Below are positions 48,415 through 62,001 of a DNA stretch of 64,000 nucleotides, piece by piece. The position numbers were made by a program, and so were the translations under genes. Under the pieces are notes generated by a model. That model had not been told where the DNA came from, made no database searches, and saw only the letters and a program-made list of their open reading frames with translations. The DNA comes from Zootoca vivipara (Eukaryota): the NCBI RefSeq assembly GCF_963506605.1, contig NC_083277.1, positions 11,718,001 through 11,782,000 of the forward strand, written 5' to 3'. Position 1 is the first letter of the stretch, and each line of letters opens with the position of its first letter.

Positions 48415-48727
48415 GTGGGTGACGCTGTGGTCTAAACCACTGATCCTATTGGGCTTGCTGATCAGAAGGTTGGCGGTTCGAATCCACACAATGGGGTCGG
48501 TGAGCTCCTGTTGCTCCGTTCCAGCTTCTGCCAACCTAGCAGTTCGAACGCACACCATTTCCGTGCGCTCTGGTTTCCATCACAGTATCCCATTGCGCCA
48601 GAAGCGGTTTAGTCATGAACCGGAAAGCTGTCTGTGGACAAATGCTGGCTCCCTTGGCCTGAAAGCGAGATAAGCGCTGCAACCCCATAGTCACCTTTGA
48701 CTGGACTTAACCGTCCAGGGGTCCTTT
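48415..48727 (+). mobile_element. Sauria SINE variant
   Basis: gacgctgtggtctaaaccac..gatcagaaggttggcggttcgaatcc..ccaggggtccttta. Confidence 0.8.
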
Positions 48728-49813
48728 AGATTAGATTAGATTTCTTTATTGTCATTGTGTAATTACAATGAAATTGGATGCTATCCCATAAAAACAAAAA
48801 CAAGAAACAAAACAAAAACCACATTTTCAGCCACACATTCACAAACCTACCTTTTACCTTTACCTATTACATGTTTTTTTTATTGTTGATCCTTTGGTTT
48901 TCAATTGCTATTATAGATGTAATGATTTTTTTTATTAAAAATGCAATTATTTTAAATATGTAATACTTTAAAATATGTTTTTAATGGAATTGTGAAATCG
49001 CTGAGAGATGCAATATAGGAAGCAGCACATAAATGAAATGAATGGATGGATAAAACGTATGTTGTTTTCTTTAAATCATTAATTGCTTCAGGATATTTCA
49101 TGGGAAGCCACTCGTAACTGAAATAAATGCGTGTGTGCCTAGCATGGGCTTTGCCACTGAGCTGAAAGAGAACGAGAGGGCTAACGCCTGACAGACAGGC
49201 ATTCCATTTGAGCACATAGCACAGAAGATAGATTTGCACTGCCAGGGATCTGGTTTGGCTTCAGTCACATGGTGGGAAGCGGAAAAGCAGGCACATAGGT
49301 CAAGACAGGCAGGCAGGAGAAGGAAAAGCGGTGCAACATCAAAAGGGGCACTTCCAAAACATCAGCCCGCATAATTTATATATATAAATTATATATATAT
49401 ATTAAAAAAAACCCTCCTGGGAGGCATAAAGCCGAGAAGGGCAGGAACTGCAGATGTAGGAAGGAGGAAGAAAGAGATCCAACAAGAAAAGGGGAGGGAG
49501 GGGAAAACGGAAAAGGGGGATCGGCTGGTCAGGGATGCAGCTGAGCAGGGAGTGTGATCCGCTGGTGAGAGAGGGGAAAAGGGGCGAAGTGTGTGGTGGA
49601 CGGGAGGGGGAGGGGGAGAGGGAGAGATCTACATATCTAGACACCCCCAATATTGTAAATCTGTGCATTGGAAAAATAATTTCCTGAGGCTTCTGCCTCA
49701 AAGCTGATCTCAAAGGGGGAGAGGGTTTTTAATGTTGTCCTCTGCATTTATATTTTTTTCCACTTTGGACTAGACTAGAGGCACATGGTAAATGTGTGGT
49801 GTGGTGTGGTGTG

Positions 49814-49817
<4 letters not shown>

Positions 49818-49869
<52 letters not shown>
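49818..49869. repeat. (GT)n microsatellite
   Basis: Direct reading. Confidence 0.95.
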
Positions 49870-49871
<2 letters not shown>

Positions 49872-51635
49872 TATCCCTGAGCCCATGCTCTAAGGCAGGG
49901 GTTGCCAACCCTGAAGAAACCTTGACTGGTGTTCAGTTTTTTAAGTTGGTGCTAGACTGCTGAGCAACTAAAGAAAGAAAAGCGCTTTGCACATGCATAG
50001 AGGCCTATGTTTAGCTGCTCACAACGTATAGCCTTGGCCTGGAAACCCCCCACCCCCCAAATGTGGGAACGAAAGGCCTGTGAGCCCAGGCTCCAGGGAA
50101 GCCCTGCACTCTGCCTCCTTAACTGCTCGCAACTGCCATGGTTCAAAAACCCCAACATCCTTGGAATGGAACCCCTGACCTTAAGACCCTTGTTGTTTTT
50201 TATCCTTCCTCACGGACTCAAGCTTGACTCATCATCCGTTGCAAGATCCCTGTTACAATATAACCACCTCGCTTTTCTCACGATACATTTGGGTTGATAC
50301 TTTTATATCTACGTAGGGCACAGCCCCATGTAACCTTGTCGCTTTCCCACGTCTCGCAGGAGCATCATCCCCACCTGGCCGCCCTCTGAGGGAAGCGGAA
50401 GCTGCGATGGACACAGAGATGCCTCAGGTGTGTGTGTGTCGGGGGGGGACTGGGCTGGGGGGGTGTACCTGGGAGAGGGGCAAGTCCAAGAGGAATCTGG
50501 ACCCTGAGAAACAGAGCTCAGGGCCCAGATTCCTCTGTTCTGGCTGAGTTGAGCGGGGGTGCTGTCATTCAGTTTCAGCATCCAGAAAGCAAAATCCCTT
50601 GGCATCTTGTACAGTCAAAGGGATGCAGAAGTAGGACTGGCCCCAGGTGTGCCTAGGATGGGACAGCAATTGGTACCCGCTTCCTGCAACAATAAATAAA
50701 TAAATAAAACTTCGAGCTGAAAATAAAATCTCAGGATAGGGCTGAGCTAAATGTGATTTGGGCAGTTCATAGACAGATTCCTGTACTGGATTTTTGGGTG
50801 GGGTGGGGGAATAGCAGCCAAAGCATATACCCCCCCCATGCCAAATAAAGGACTGTGGTGCAGAGGGAGGGGATTTCACTATGTTTGGTACGTTTCCGCC
50901 CTGAGGGTAACTTTGGGAGACAGGGTGATATTAGGACAATTGCATTAAGGCGTTAATCCCACCTTCCCCCAGCACTGCTACCCTGATCCAAATTGGCAGG
51001 TGCAGGCAATAACACTATTTTTTTTTAAAGTTGTAGGAGACCCGGTTGTAGGTCTGCCATGCTGATATCTACTTGAATGCTCAGTGGCCTCAAAAGCAAC
51101 CCGTGGTCTGTCTTCTTCTTAAGCTTAGTTTACAGGGTTGTAAGGATTGCAGAGGAAATGGGTGAACCCCAGCTAAGTCAATTTTGAGGGTAAAAGTCAG
51201 TGAATTCATCCATCTATTCCTCCGAGTGTGACTAACAATGGATATCGGCCATTGGACATAGATTGCCTGGCTGTTTTTATTTAGGCAATTTATTTGCTGC
51301 CCTTCTGCAAAAGGACTTTCAGTGCGGTGTACAATTTAAAGCATAAGTGACAGAAGTCACAAAAACCAAACAAACCTTGTTGCTTCTAGACAACATATTT
51401 AGCAAGCATGTCTCCTGATTTGTTTGTGAGATTAGAGGACATGGGCTATTTAATGAGCAGTCGCACATTTATGGGGAGGTTCGATGACACTGCATCAAAG
51501 GAAGTGTTGTCCCACACTTTCCCGTATTTTCCCCATCCTTATTACAAAACATGATCTTTTTTTGGGGGGGGGGAGCCAGGTCTCTGTGCAGGACCTGCCA
51601 ATCAACCATAATTGTGCAATCTGAATTTACCAGTA

Positions 51636-51868
51636 CAGTCCTACCTTGGAAGTTGAACGGAATTCGTTCCGGAAGTCCGTTCGACTTCCAAAACGTTTGG
51701 AAACCAAAGTGTGGCTTCTGATAGGCTGCAGGAAGCTCCTGCAGCCAATTGGAAGCAGCTGAAGCTGGCAGGGCATTCGGCTTCTGAAAATCGTTTGAAT
51801 ACTGGAACACTCACTTCTGGGTTTCGATCGTTCAGGAGCCAAGGCATTCGAGATCCAGGGTATGACTT
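51636..51868. mobile_element. Tigger-like MITE
   Basis: TA|cagtcctaccttgg...ccagggtatgact; ttcgaa/gttccgg internal motifs. Confidence 0.6.
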
Positions 51869-51909
51869 TATGTTATTGGATCCCATGCATAAATAGCAGC
51901 CGCCCAGAA

Positions 51910-52353
51910 TAAGGTTACCAGATGTCCCCGTTTCCCGGCCTGGATTTACAAATCAGTTTTGAAATATACTCGGAGTCGAGAGTGAATTTCATGCTCTTTG
52001 GAGAAGAAGAGAAGAATGGCTCTTTCCCCAAAACCATCTGCTTATATACATTATTTACACAATGGGCCTAGCGTGATTGGCTACTTCAGGACTACACCTG
52101 TGGGCCAATCAGGTTGTGGATTGACTTCTGCCAGCAGCCTGATTGGCTGTTCCTGCAGTCCAATCAGGTTGCTGATTCACTTCCACCTGGAGTTGGATTG
52201 GGTGGCTCCTGCGGACTAATCAGACTGCTGATTCTGGATCCTATTGTTCTAGGATTCAGCTCAGTACATAACAAGTTTCCTGACAAAATCCATCTGTTTA
52301 GTAGGAAGTTGAAAAGTTTCCCCGGATTCATTGAAAAAAATCTGGTTACCTTA
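51910..52353. mobile_element. hAT non-autonomous element hosting a solo LTR
   Basis: taaggttaccagat...atctggttacctta; TSD gcccagaa/gcctagaa. Confidence 0.75.
51960..52273 (-). mobile_element. Solo LTR
   Basis: Minus strand TGTTATGTAC...GTATATTTCA; 5-bp TSD agttt; CCAAT boxes and tatataa. Confidence 0.8.
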
Positions 52354-52425
52354 GCCTAGAAGCATCCCAAGTCATAGTTATCTGTAGCAACAGGCAACTT
52401 AGTATTTGCCTCACACTTTTCCTAA

Positions 52426-52677
<252 letters not shown>

Positions 52678-53205
52678 TGATGGTGTGGGACTTGTTCTAG
52701 GAGCGAGGTACTCGTATCTTGTAGCACAGAAAGCAAAGTATTATAATGTGCTATTAGTATACTGTTAGTTCCTAACATTGAAAAGATATCTTTTGGGGGT
52801 GGATGAGCTCTTAGTTGTTGTTTTTTACTTTTACTTTTCTTATTTGTATTTGTTAATGTTTTGAAATCCAATCAAAACAATTTGGGGGGAAAACACATAA
52901 AAGATAATCATTAAAATAATAAACTGTAATAGAAAAAAATCTATTAAGATACGGTTCATAAAAAACAATAGAAACTTTAAATACAGGCTCATTGAGTGAA
53001 CTTGCCCTGTGCTTACTTCAAATCCTTAATTCCCCACAATTTCTTCTTCTTTATTTTTTTGTGTCAATTTTTATATGGAAGCATTTGGTAGCCAGTGCAG
53101 TCCTGCCAAAATTGGTATTACATGCTCTGACTATCATGCTCTGGGCAGAACCATCTTCGAAGGCAGCCCCACATATTACTTGAGTTTCTTCTGTTCCCTG
53201 GGCAG

Positions 53206-53319
53206 GTTTTCGAGTTGTCAAACCCAACTTGATCTCCCAGCTTGAGCAAGAGGAAGACCCATGGATCCCAGACCAACCAATTGTGGAGGAAAAGGAGATC
53301 ATTTTGGAGCCTGACACAG
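53206..53319 (+). CDS. Gene C KRAB-B exon (CFRVVKPNLISQLEQEEDPWIPD..)
   Basis: 114 nt; phase 1-1. Confidence 0.9.
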
Positions 53320-53363
53320 GTGGGGAAGCTGAGACACCATTCCAATACATAGTGAATCCAGTA

Positions 53364-54090
53364 CAGTGGTACCTCTGGTTATGAACTTAATTCGTTCCGG
53401 AGGTCCATTCTTAACCTGAAACCATTTTTAACCTGAGGTACCACTTTAGCTAATGGGGCCTCCTGCTGCCGCCGCGCCGCTAGCGAGCAATTTCTGTTCT
53501 CATCCTGAGGTAAAGATCTTAACCCGAGGTACTACTTCTGGGTTAGCGGAGTCTGTAACCTGAAGTGCTTGTAACCCGAGGTGTTTGTAACCCAAGTGTC
53601 AGAGAGAGGACTGGCAGGAAGCAGACCTCTCTCCCAACACGCACAAACTGGCAAGACGGGACAGAGTGCAGCAAGGCAGGAAGGAGGTTCCAGGGCTCTA
53701 GCAGCATCCTGGAGCCTCTGGAGATAGAGGAAAGGGGAAGGAGGTTCCAAGGCTCTAGCAGGATCCTGGGAAGCAGAGAAGAAGGGGCGGAGCCAGCTTC
53801 AACAGAGGGTGGAAAGGAGGGGGAAGAACCAACGGCACCTGAGGAGAAAGGTTTGACACAATGGGGATCCGTAGCGCCGGTAGGAGGGGTGTTTTGGGGG
53901 CCAGTCTTAAAGGCTGGGTCAGAGCCTGCCAGACGCCATTGCGGGCTTCTGCCCCACGCTGAGCAGACATGATTTGAGACATCTCGGCACTGTATATAGA
54001 AGGCACAATAAAACTCTGAAAATCCAGAAGGTGTGTGGAGTGCTTACTCGGGAGTAGCCAGCACCCATCCGTGACACCAAGGTACCACTG
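53364..54090. mobile_element. Tigger-like MITE hosting a solo LTR
   Basis: TA|cagtggtacct...aggtaccactg|TA. Confidence 0.85.
53597..54076 (+). mobile_element. Solo LTR (480 bp)
   Basis: TGTCA...TGACA termini; 5-bp TSD ccaag; tatata and aataaa near the 3' end. Confidence 0.85.
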
Positions 54091-54198
54091 TAAACATTGG
54101 GCTAAACTCTGGAACACAATTTTGGGTTCTGCCCCTGTCTAGAGTGATGAAATGCCCCTCTTAACCATACTCTTTCTCACATATTTCCTGTCAACCAG

Positions 54199-54242
54199 AG
54201 ATTCCTGATGTGATAATAAAGCAAGAAGAAGAAGAAGAAGAA

Positions 54243-54274
<32 letters not shown>

Positions 54275-54336
54275 AGAGCAGCTTTGGGTTCTGGACCACC
54301 AGTGGCAAAAGACCTTCCCAGGTACTGCCAGATCAG
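54199..54336 (+). CDS. Gene C KRAB-B-derived exon with poly-Glu (EIPDVIIKQ-E18-QLWVLDHQWQKTFPGTARS)
   Basis: gtcaaccag|..tcag|gtgagg; 138 nt; phase 1-1. Confidence 0.8.
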
Positions 54337-54444
54337 GTGAGGGGTGGAAATTAGGACCAAGAGGATGGCCGGACGGCATGTTGCTTTGACATGATACAAA
54401 TAATAAAGAGGATGCAAGATGAACAAACACCAATGAAAGCCAGC

Positions 54445-54493
<49 letters not shown>

Positions 54494-54928
54494 CTGCAAC
54501 CACAATAAGAAACATCCTAAAAAATAAAAAATAGTGAGCGTTAAAAAACAAAACAAAATCCAGGAGGAGGAGGAGGACCACAAATAGTTACGGTAAGATA
54601 GCAATTGCATCCATCCTCCAAAGGCCAAATTGGAAAGTTTTGATGACCTTCTGCTACAGCGTTGAGAAGGGGGAAGATGAACTTCCCTAGGCAGGTTACA
54701 ACCAGATTACAAATCAGGGGAGAGATCTGATAAGTCAAATGATAAGTAACTCTAGAACAAAACCCTTGCGTTGCAGGGGGCTAGAATAGATGACCCTCAG
54801 GGTCCCTTCCAACTTTACAGTTCTATTCTGATTCTCTAGTTGTGCTCTACATCTAAGGTAGGCTGTTGGAATATTGCACCTGAACACTTCGTTTTTACCT
54901 CTCCTTTCCCCTACCCCCTTTGATTCAG

Positions 54929-55030
54929 GATACCCCGACCTCGTAATAAAGCAAGAACGGGAAGAGGAGCCATGCGTCCCAGAACACCCAGGAGCTGACG
55001 AAAATGCAAATGCTGTCGCGGATCAGTCAG
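54929..55030 (+). CDS. Gene C KRAB-B-derived exon (GYPDLVIKQEREEEPCVPEHPGADENANAVADQS)
   Basis: tttgattcag|..tcag|gtgtgg; 102 nt. Confidence 0.82.
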
Positions 55031-55439
55031 GTGTGGTTACAGTTCATCTGATTTGGGGTTCACCACCGAATCCTTAATTTTAAAGGGTTTACGTGGGCAT
55101 TTCTCCCCAGGGCCCTCGCTCTTGTTCCAGGTGCACAAGGCGATCATGGGAACATAGCAAGTTTCTCCCTGATCCGATCCCAGACCATTCCCACGCTCCC
55201 TTTGCCCAGCTCAGTATTTTCTCCTCCGATCACCAGTAGTTCTCCAGGGGCACAGCCTGGGTTCTTTTTCAGACCTATTGGGAATGACTGGGACTTTTCT
55301 GCATAAAGACTGGGATGGTACAGTCCCTTTCAAACCAGGCCTCCTGGGTCCTTGCAACCCGGAACTGTCCAGATGTTTCAGCCCCTGCCAGCACAACTGT
55401 CCTGGCTGAAGCTTGGCCTGGGATCCAAACCTGATCTAA

Positions 55440-55960
55440 AAGTCTTATCAATCACGGCTGCCAGACTTTTATATGCACGAAAATGGAAGGGCACATCATT
55501 ACTAACAGTGGAAGAATGGCTGTTAAAACTGACGGACTTAGCTGAGATGGTGAAGCTGATGTGTTTGATCAGAGAAAAGGCACTTTTGTTAAAGATTGGA
55601 AACTTCTCTTAGACTTTTTGTGTGAAAAAGAAAATGAGGATTGAAGATAATGTTTGTTTATAGAAAGTGGCTTTGTTGGGTGTTATATTGGATTGGACAA
55701 AGTGAATCTTGTTTTTACATAGCAGACAGAGGAAGAATAAGAAGTTCTTTGTTTTCTATCTTATCCTTCTATCTTTCTCTTTTAACCTCTTTTCTACTTT
55801 TAACATTTTCTTTCTTTTTCTTTCTCTATTTCTTTCTCCCATCCCACCCCTTTTGTGATTTTATTGTATCTAGAAGATAAAAGACTTGGTGGTTTTTTTA
55901 AGGGAGAAGATATTAGGTTTTGTATTTTCTCTGTAAGCCTTAATAAAATTTATTTTTTTT
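55440..55960 (+). mobile_element. L1 3' end
   Basis: ITAARLLYARKWK..EEWLLKLTDLAEMVKL; T-rich UTR and aataaa. Confidence 0.8.
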
Positions 55961-56019
55961 TAAAAATAGAAGTCTTAAAAATTTATAAAACCTTCTCTAA
56001 TCTCCTTCCTCCTAAACAG

Positions 56020-56109
56020 GATTTCCTGGTATAATAATAAAGCTGGAACTGAAAGGAGAGACCTGGACCCAAGATTTCCAAGAAACTGAGGAAAGGGCAA
56101 CTGTTTCAG
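56020..56109 (+). CDS. Gene C KRAB-B-derived exon (GFPGIIIKLELKGETWTQDFQETEERATVS)
   Basis: cctaaacag|..tcag|gtgagg; 90 nt. Confidence 0.82.
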
Positions 56110-56711
56110 GTGAGGCAAACCACAGTGCCACCAGCAGGATCGGGAAGAACCGTGACAGGAAGCTAGTCTCCCCTTGCCAAATAAAAAGCGGGTGCCTGGG
56201 AGACTAAGAAAAGGCTAAAGTGACATAGACATACCATCACCGTGCCTTTTCCCTTTTGGGTGCCAGGGCCCTGAGGCAGAGAGGGGAGAAGATCTGCTAT
56301 GCCCTTTTATTGTTATTATTTCTTTGTTTATTAAATTTGCATGCCACCCTTCATCTGTAGATCTCAGGGCGATTCACAGCATAAAATTACAATATTAAAA
56401 ACCACAGAATACATAAGAAAAATAAGAAAAACCAACCAATAATAATAAGGATAATAATTTTTATTTGTATCCTGCCCTCCCCAGCCAAAGCTGGGCTCAG
56501 AGCGGCTAACATCATATAAATAAGACAATATGCACAATACAATATGCAAATAAAATAACATTCAATGTTCATTAAAATAATATAGAATAATATTAAATAT
56601 CAGCATTTCAAATTAAACAGAAATCCACCCTTAACAGTTACAATAAGTAATTTCTAAACTCCAATCAGTAAAACGCAGCAAACCAAGAGTGCACAATGTA
56701 ATACAATACAA

Positions 56712-56714
<3 letters not shown>

Positions 56715-56754
<40 letters not shown>

Positions 56755-57635
56755 TTTATTATTTATACCCCGCCCATCTGGCTGGGTTTCCCCAGCCACT
56801 CTGGGCGGCTTCCAACCGAATATTAAAACAGTACAGCATTAAACATTAAAAACTTCCCTAAACAGGGCCGCCTTCAGTTGTCTTCTAAAAGTAAAATAGT
56901 TACTTATTGCCTTGACATCTGCTGGGAGGGCGTTCCACAGGACGGGTGCCACTACCGAGAAGGCCCTCTGTCTGGTTCCCTGTAACCTCACTTCTCGCAA
57001 TGAGGGAACCACCAGAAGGCCCTCGGTGCTGGACCTCAGTGTCCAGGCTGAATGGTGGGGGTGGAGACGCTCCTTCAGGTATACAGGACCGAGGCCGTTT
57101 AGGGCTTTAAAGGTCAGTACCAACACTTTGAATTGTGCTCGGAAACGTACTGCGAGCCAGTGTAGATTTCTCAGGACCGGTGGTGTTACGTGGTCCCGGC
57201 GGCCACTCCCAGTCACTAATCTAGCTGCCGCATTCTGGATTAATTGCAGTTTCCGGGTCACCTTCAAAGGTAGCCCCACGTAGAGCACATTGCAGTAGTC
57301 CAAGCGGGAGATAACCAGAGCATGCACCACTCTGGCGAGACAGTCTGCGGGCAGGTAGGGTCTCAGCCTGCGTACCAGATGGAGCTGGTAGACAGCCGCC
57401 CTGGACACAGAATTGACCTGCGCCTCCATGGACAGCTGTGAGTCCAAAATGACTCCCAGGCTGCACACCTGGTCCTTCAGGGGCACAGTTACCCCATTCA
57501 AGACCAGGGAGTCCTCCACACCTGCCCGCCTCCTGTCCCCCCAAAATAGTACTTCTGTCTTGTCAGGATTCAACCTCAATCTGTTAGCCGCCATCCATTC
57601 TCCAACCGCCTCCAGGCACTCACACAGGACCTTCA
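56715..57635 (-). mobile_element. L2 LINE 3' part
   Basis: WMAANRLRLNPDKTEVL..LGVILDSQL..SRLDYCN..KAALFREVFNV; (tta) tail. Confidence 0.92.
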
Positions 57636-58252
57636 GAGTGCAGAGACTGGAGGGTGGGGCAAGGCAGGTGGAAGAAGGCCTTGCCTGATGGGAGTCTCTC
57701 CCCTCACTGTCTCCCCCCTCTTCCCACATTTAAAAGGGCTTTGGGCGCCAATCAGCCAAAGGCCTGGTTGAAGAGGAACATGTTTGCCTGGCACCCAAAG
57801 GTGTATAATGAAGGCGCCATGTGAGCTTCCCTGGGGAGAGAATTCCACCTCCTTTTTGTCCTGGAAGTTCCAGTCAAACGGCACTGGCAGCATCGATCCA
57901 AGTGAGGATCCCTTCTGGTTCTCTCTAAAGATCTGCACAGAAGGTGTAGAAAAGCTGTACAGAAAGGATATCCATAACCATCACTGCTTGGTCAGGTTCG
58001 GGGCTTTTTTCGAGCTGGAACTCGCCAGAACTCGGTTGCGGCTCCTCTCAGTTGGGCGCCATTGCCATTATAAGCAAACAAGAGAGGTGTTTGTGGTGAG
58101 TCTCGGTAGACCTCTTTTTCTATAAAAATAGCACTGGTCTGGTTGTCCCTTATGGAAGGCAAATTACATATCTTTATCAAGTAAACTAAACAGTGAATTG
58201 CCACACATTTCGGTTGATGACTTCTTTCCTCAGGAGACAAACTAAGGCAATA

Positions 58253-58515
58253 CAGTGTTACCTCAGTTTACAAACACAATTGGTTCCGGAAGTGCGTACT
58301 TAACCTGAAGCAAACTTTCCCATTGAAAGTAATGGAAAGTGGATTAATCTGTTCCAGACGGGTCCGCGGAGTACCTAACCTGAAGCGTACTTAACCTGAA
58401 GCGAACTTTCCCATTGAAAGTAATGGAAAGTGGATTAATCCATTCCAGATGGGTCCGTGGAGTACTTAAACTGAAAATACTCAAACCGAGGTGTACTTAA
58501 ACCGAAGTAAGACTG
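58253..58515. mobile_element. Tigger-like MITE with internal tandem duplication
   Basis: TA|cagtgttacct..aagtaagactg|TA; gcgtacttaacctgaagc..gggtccg.ggagtac block occurs twice. Confidence 0.7.
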
Positions 58516-58558
58516 TATATCTCTTACTGCTATCACAATTCTCTGTTTATCCAAACAG

Positions 58559-60513
58559 GCAATAGGTACATGAAAGAGGAAGGCTACTTCCCACCGGAAA
58601 GTGCTCATCAAGTGGAAACGGATAAGACACTCTTGGGAACTGCCAAGGAGAGAATCTTCCAGTATCCAAAGAAGGCCGAGGTCTCTGTGAACGAAGGCCA
58701 AGTAGAGAGGCGCCAAGGAAATGCCTCTGGAAAGAGAACGGGAAAGACTTTATCTCGTGGGGGAAGTGGCATCAATGAAACCAAACTCCAGAAGAGAATC
58801 CATAAGTCTGGGAGAATGCTTAAAAAAGGAGAGGAACCATATAAATACCTAGATGACGAAAAGAGATCTGGTTGGAGATATTACCTGATGACCCATGGGA
58901 AAAGCCACGCAGGAGAGAAACTATATACATGCTTAGTCTGTGGGAAAAGATTCTTTCGGAGATCACACCTTATTAGACACAAGCTGAATCATACAGGGGA
59001 GAAACCATATACATGTTCAGTCTGTGGAAAAAGCTTCAATCAAAGATCCCATCTTATTAGCCATGAAAGGACCCATACAGGGGAAAAACCGTACCCATGC
59101 TCTGTCTGTGGTAAAAACCTGAGTCGTAAGGCACTCCTTATTAGACACGAGAGAATTCATACAGGAGAGAAGCCTTACAAGTGCTCTGAATGTGGTAAAA
59201 GCTTCTGTCAGAGCTCTGGCCTTGTTGCGCACAAGATCACCCACACAGGAGAGAAACCATATGTGTGTTCAGTCTGTGGGAAAAGCTTTAGTCGCAAAGC
59301 AAGCCTTATCAGACATGAGAGAATTCATATGGGTGAGAAACCATATACATGTCCAGTCTGTGGTAAAAACTTCAGCCAGTGCTCCGGCCTCCTTCAGCAT
59401 GAAAGAATTCATACAGGAGAGATCCCGTATAAGTGTTCTATCTGCGGGAAAAGTTTCAGTCGTAAAGACTGCCTTCTGGGGCACAAGGGAACCCATACGG
59501 GAGAAAAACCATATTCATGCTCTATCTGTGGGAAAAGCTTCAATTGGAAAAGTTACCTGGCTGTCCATGAGAGAAGCCATAATGAAGAAAAGTCGTATAT
59601 ATGTGCAATCTGTGGGAAAAGCTTCAACCAAAGATCCAATCTTCTTAGCCATGAAAAAACTCATACACAAGAAAAAACGTACACGTGTTCTATCTGTGGT
59701 AAAAGCTTCATTCACAAAGTAAGCCTTATTAGACATGAACGAGTCCATACTGGGGAGACACCCTATAAATGTTCGGTATGTGGAAAAGGTTGCAGTGGGA
59801 GAACTAATCTTATTTCACACGAAAGAACTCACACGGAAGAAAGGCCTTATGCCTGCTCGTTCTGTGGGAAAAGTTTCAAGCAAAGATCCAACCTCACGAG
59901 CCACGAAAGAATTCACACTGGAGAAACTCCCTTTATGTGCTCAGTCTGTGGTAAAAGCTTCAGCTGTAAAGCAAATCTTCTTGGACACATGAGAACCCAT
60001 ACAGGGGAGAAACCGTATTCGTGCTCAGTTTGCGGGAAAAGCTTCGGTAATAAATCACAAGTGGCCATACACGAGAGGATTCATACAGGGGAAAAACCAT
60101 ACACCTGCTCAGTCTGTGGGAAAAGATTCAAACACAGAACGAGCTATACCGAACACCAAAAGATCCACACGCAGGAAAAACCATACACATGCTCAGTCTG
60201 TGGCAGAAGCTTCAGTCGTAAGGAGCACCTGATTATTCATGGGAGAATCCACACCGGAGAGAAGCCATATTCATGCTCAGTCTGTGAGAAGAGTTTCAAG
60301 CAAAAGTCAAGCCTTACTTCACATGAGAGAAGCCACACAGGAGAGAAACCACATACATGCTCAGTCTGCGGGAAAAGTTTCAATCGACGATCAAACCTTA
60401 TTCACCATGAGAGAATTCACACAGGAGAAAAACCACACCAATGCACCATCTGTGACAAAAGTTTCCGGAGTAAAGCATATCTGAGGAGACATGAGAAAAT
60501 CCATGTCAGATAA
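58559..60513 (+). CDS. Gene C terminal exon: 19 intact C2H2 fingers plus one degenerate finger
   Basis: atccaaacag|GC AAT AGG (phase 1, GNRYMKEE); the six exons total 2526 nt, in frame. Confidence 0.95.
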
Positions 60514-61604
60514 GGCAATCCATATGGGAGGTGGGGCAGCGATATGGGGAGAGAAAATTGAAGTTGGTAAAAGATGATTAAATAGAAAGAAATTATATAT
60601 ATATGTAACTCTAAACCACAGTATAGCACTATAGGAGTGAGTCTGTGTGGCCGGCAGAAAGGGTTTGGAAAATTACACTTCTAGTTTTGTTTGTTTTTTA
60701 CTGTCCACAGTTACTTGATTTGTTCAAGGCAAGGCAAGAACTGTTAGCTCTTAACTATGTTCTTAGCATAATATTAACTATGGTTTTTAGGGAGATATGC
60801 CAAGATTGTAAACCACAGTTTGGTCAGCTTATTTCCCTGAACCAGTTAAGATTAACCACAGTTTACTTAGGTTCAAATTTAACCTCGGCTGAAAATGGAA
60901 GGAAAGCTTCCCAGATGCTCCTTGTGGCTGCTCCGGAGGAGAGGAGTGGGGGCCCCAAAGTTTGTGCACGTAACACTAAACTATAGTTTGGCATTATGTG
61001 TGACCCAGGCCAGTGAATATAAGAGCTCCAGCTGTGGCAAAAATATCAGTCGTATACTGCCTCTTTGGCAACACTTGGAGCATTAGTTCTAGAGCAAATT
61101 ACAAAAAAATGTAAAGGTTTGCAACCAATCTCTACAAATCTCATAACCGTCTCTCATGTTCCATAAATAAGAAACAAATATTAGGGCAAAGTATTAAGAG
61201 GAAAAATCAGGATGCAGAAAAAGGCATATGCTGAAATGATATATACCATATTAAATAATGAAATTTCCCCCAAAGAGATCTGAAGTACTGTGCCTATAGT
61301 ATAATTGTACATACATTTCAGGACTGATAATATTTGTGGTCCATGAACTGTTTCAGTTCCGTAACAGCAAAATTTCTATTTGATGTATGCACCCTTCTAA
61401 TAACAAATCCTGCTTCTTGCCCTGTTTATTTACACTGAATTCTAGAAGCTTTTTCTTTTAGCTATAAAGTATTCTGATGTAGGGTTTATAAAACAACATT
61501 GTTTTGTTTCACTTTGACTAAATCTATCTTTGAGTCTCTTATGTAACTTATTAAATAAAGTGTTTGACAATTATGTATTTTGTGATCTAGCCACTGTGGA
61601 ACCT

Positions 61605-61980
61605 GCATAGATTCACAGAATTGTAGAGTTGGAAGGGACCTCAAGGGTCATCTAGTCCAACCCCCTGCAATGCAAGAATCTTGGCTGAACAATCTATGAC
61701 AGAGGGTCATCCAACCTCTGCTTAAAAACCTCCAAGGAAGGAGAGCCCACCACCTTCTGAGGGAGACAGTTCCACTGTTGAACAGCACTTACTGTCAGAA
61801 AGTTCTTCCTGGCGTTTAGTTGGAATCTCCTTTCTTGCACCTCGAATCCATTTGGTATGCAGGAGAAAATAAGCTGGGTCCATCTTCCACGTGACAGCCC
61901 GTTTAATCTTTAGGTCCTATCTCCTCTCAGTCTCCTCTTATCCAGGCTAAGCAGTCCCAACTCCCTTAACCGTTCCTCTT
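61605..61980 (-). mobile_element. CR1 3' part
   Basis: agaattgtagagttggaagggacc..ctgtcagaaagttcttcctg..ctctcagtctcct. Confidence 0.85.
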
Positions 61981-62001
61981 GACCTGATTATTTGTGGATC
62001 G

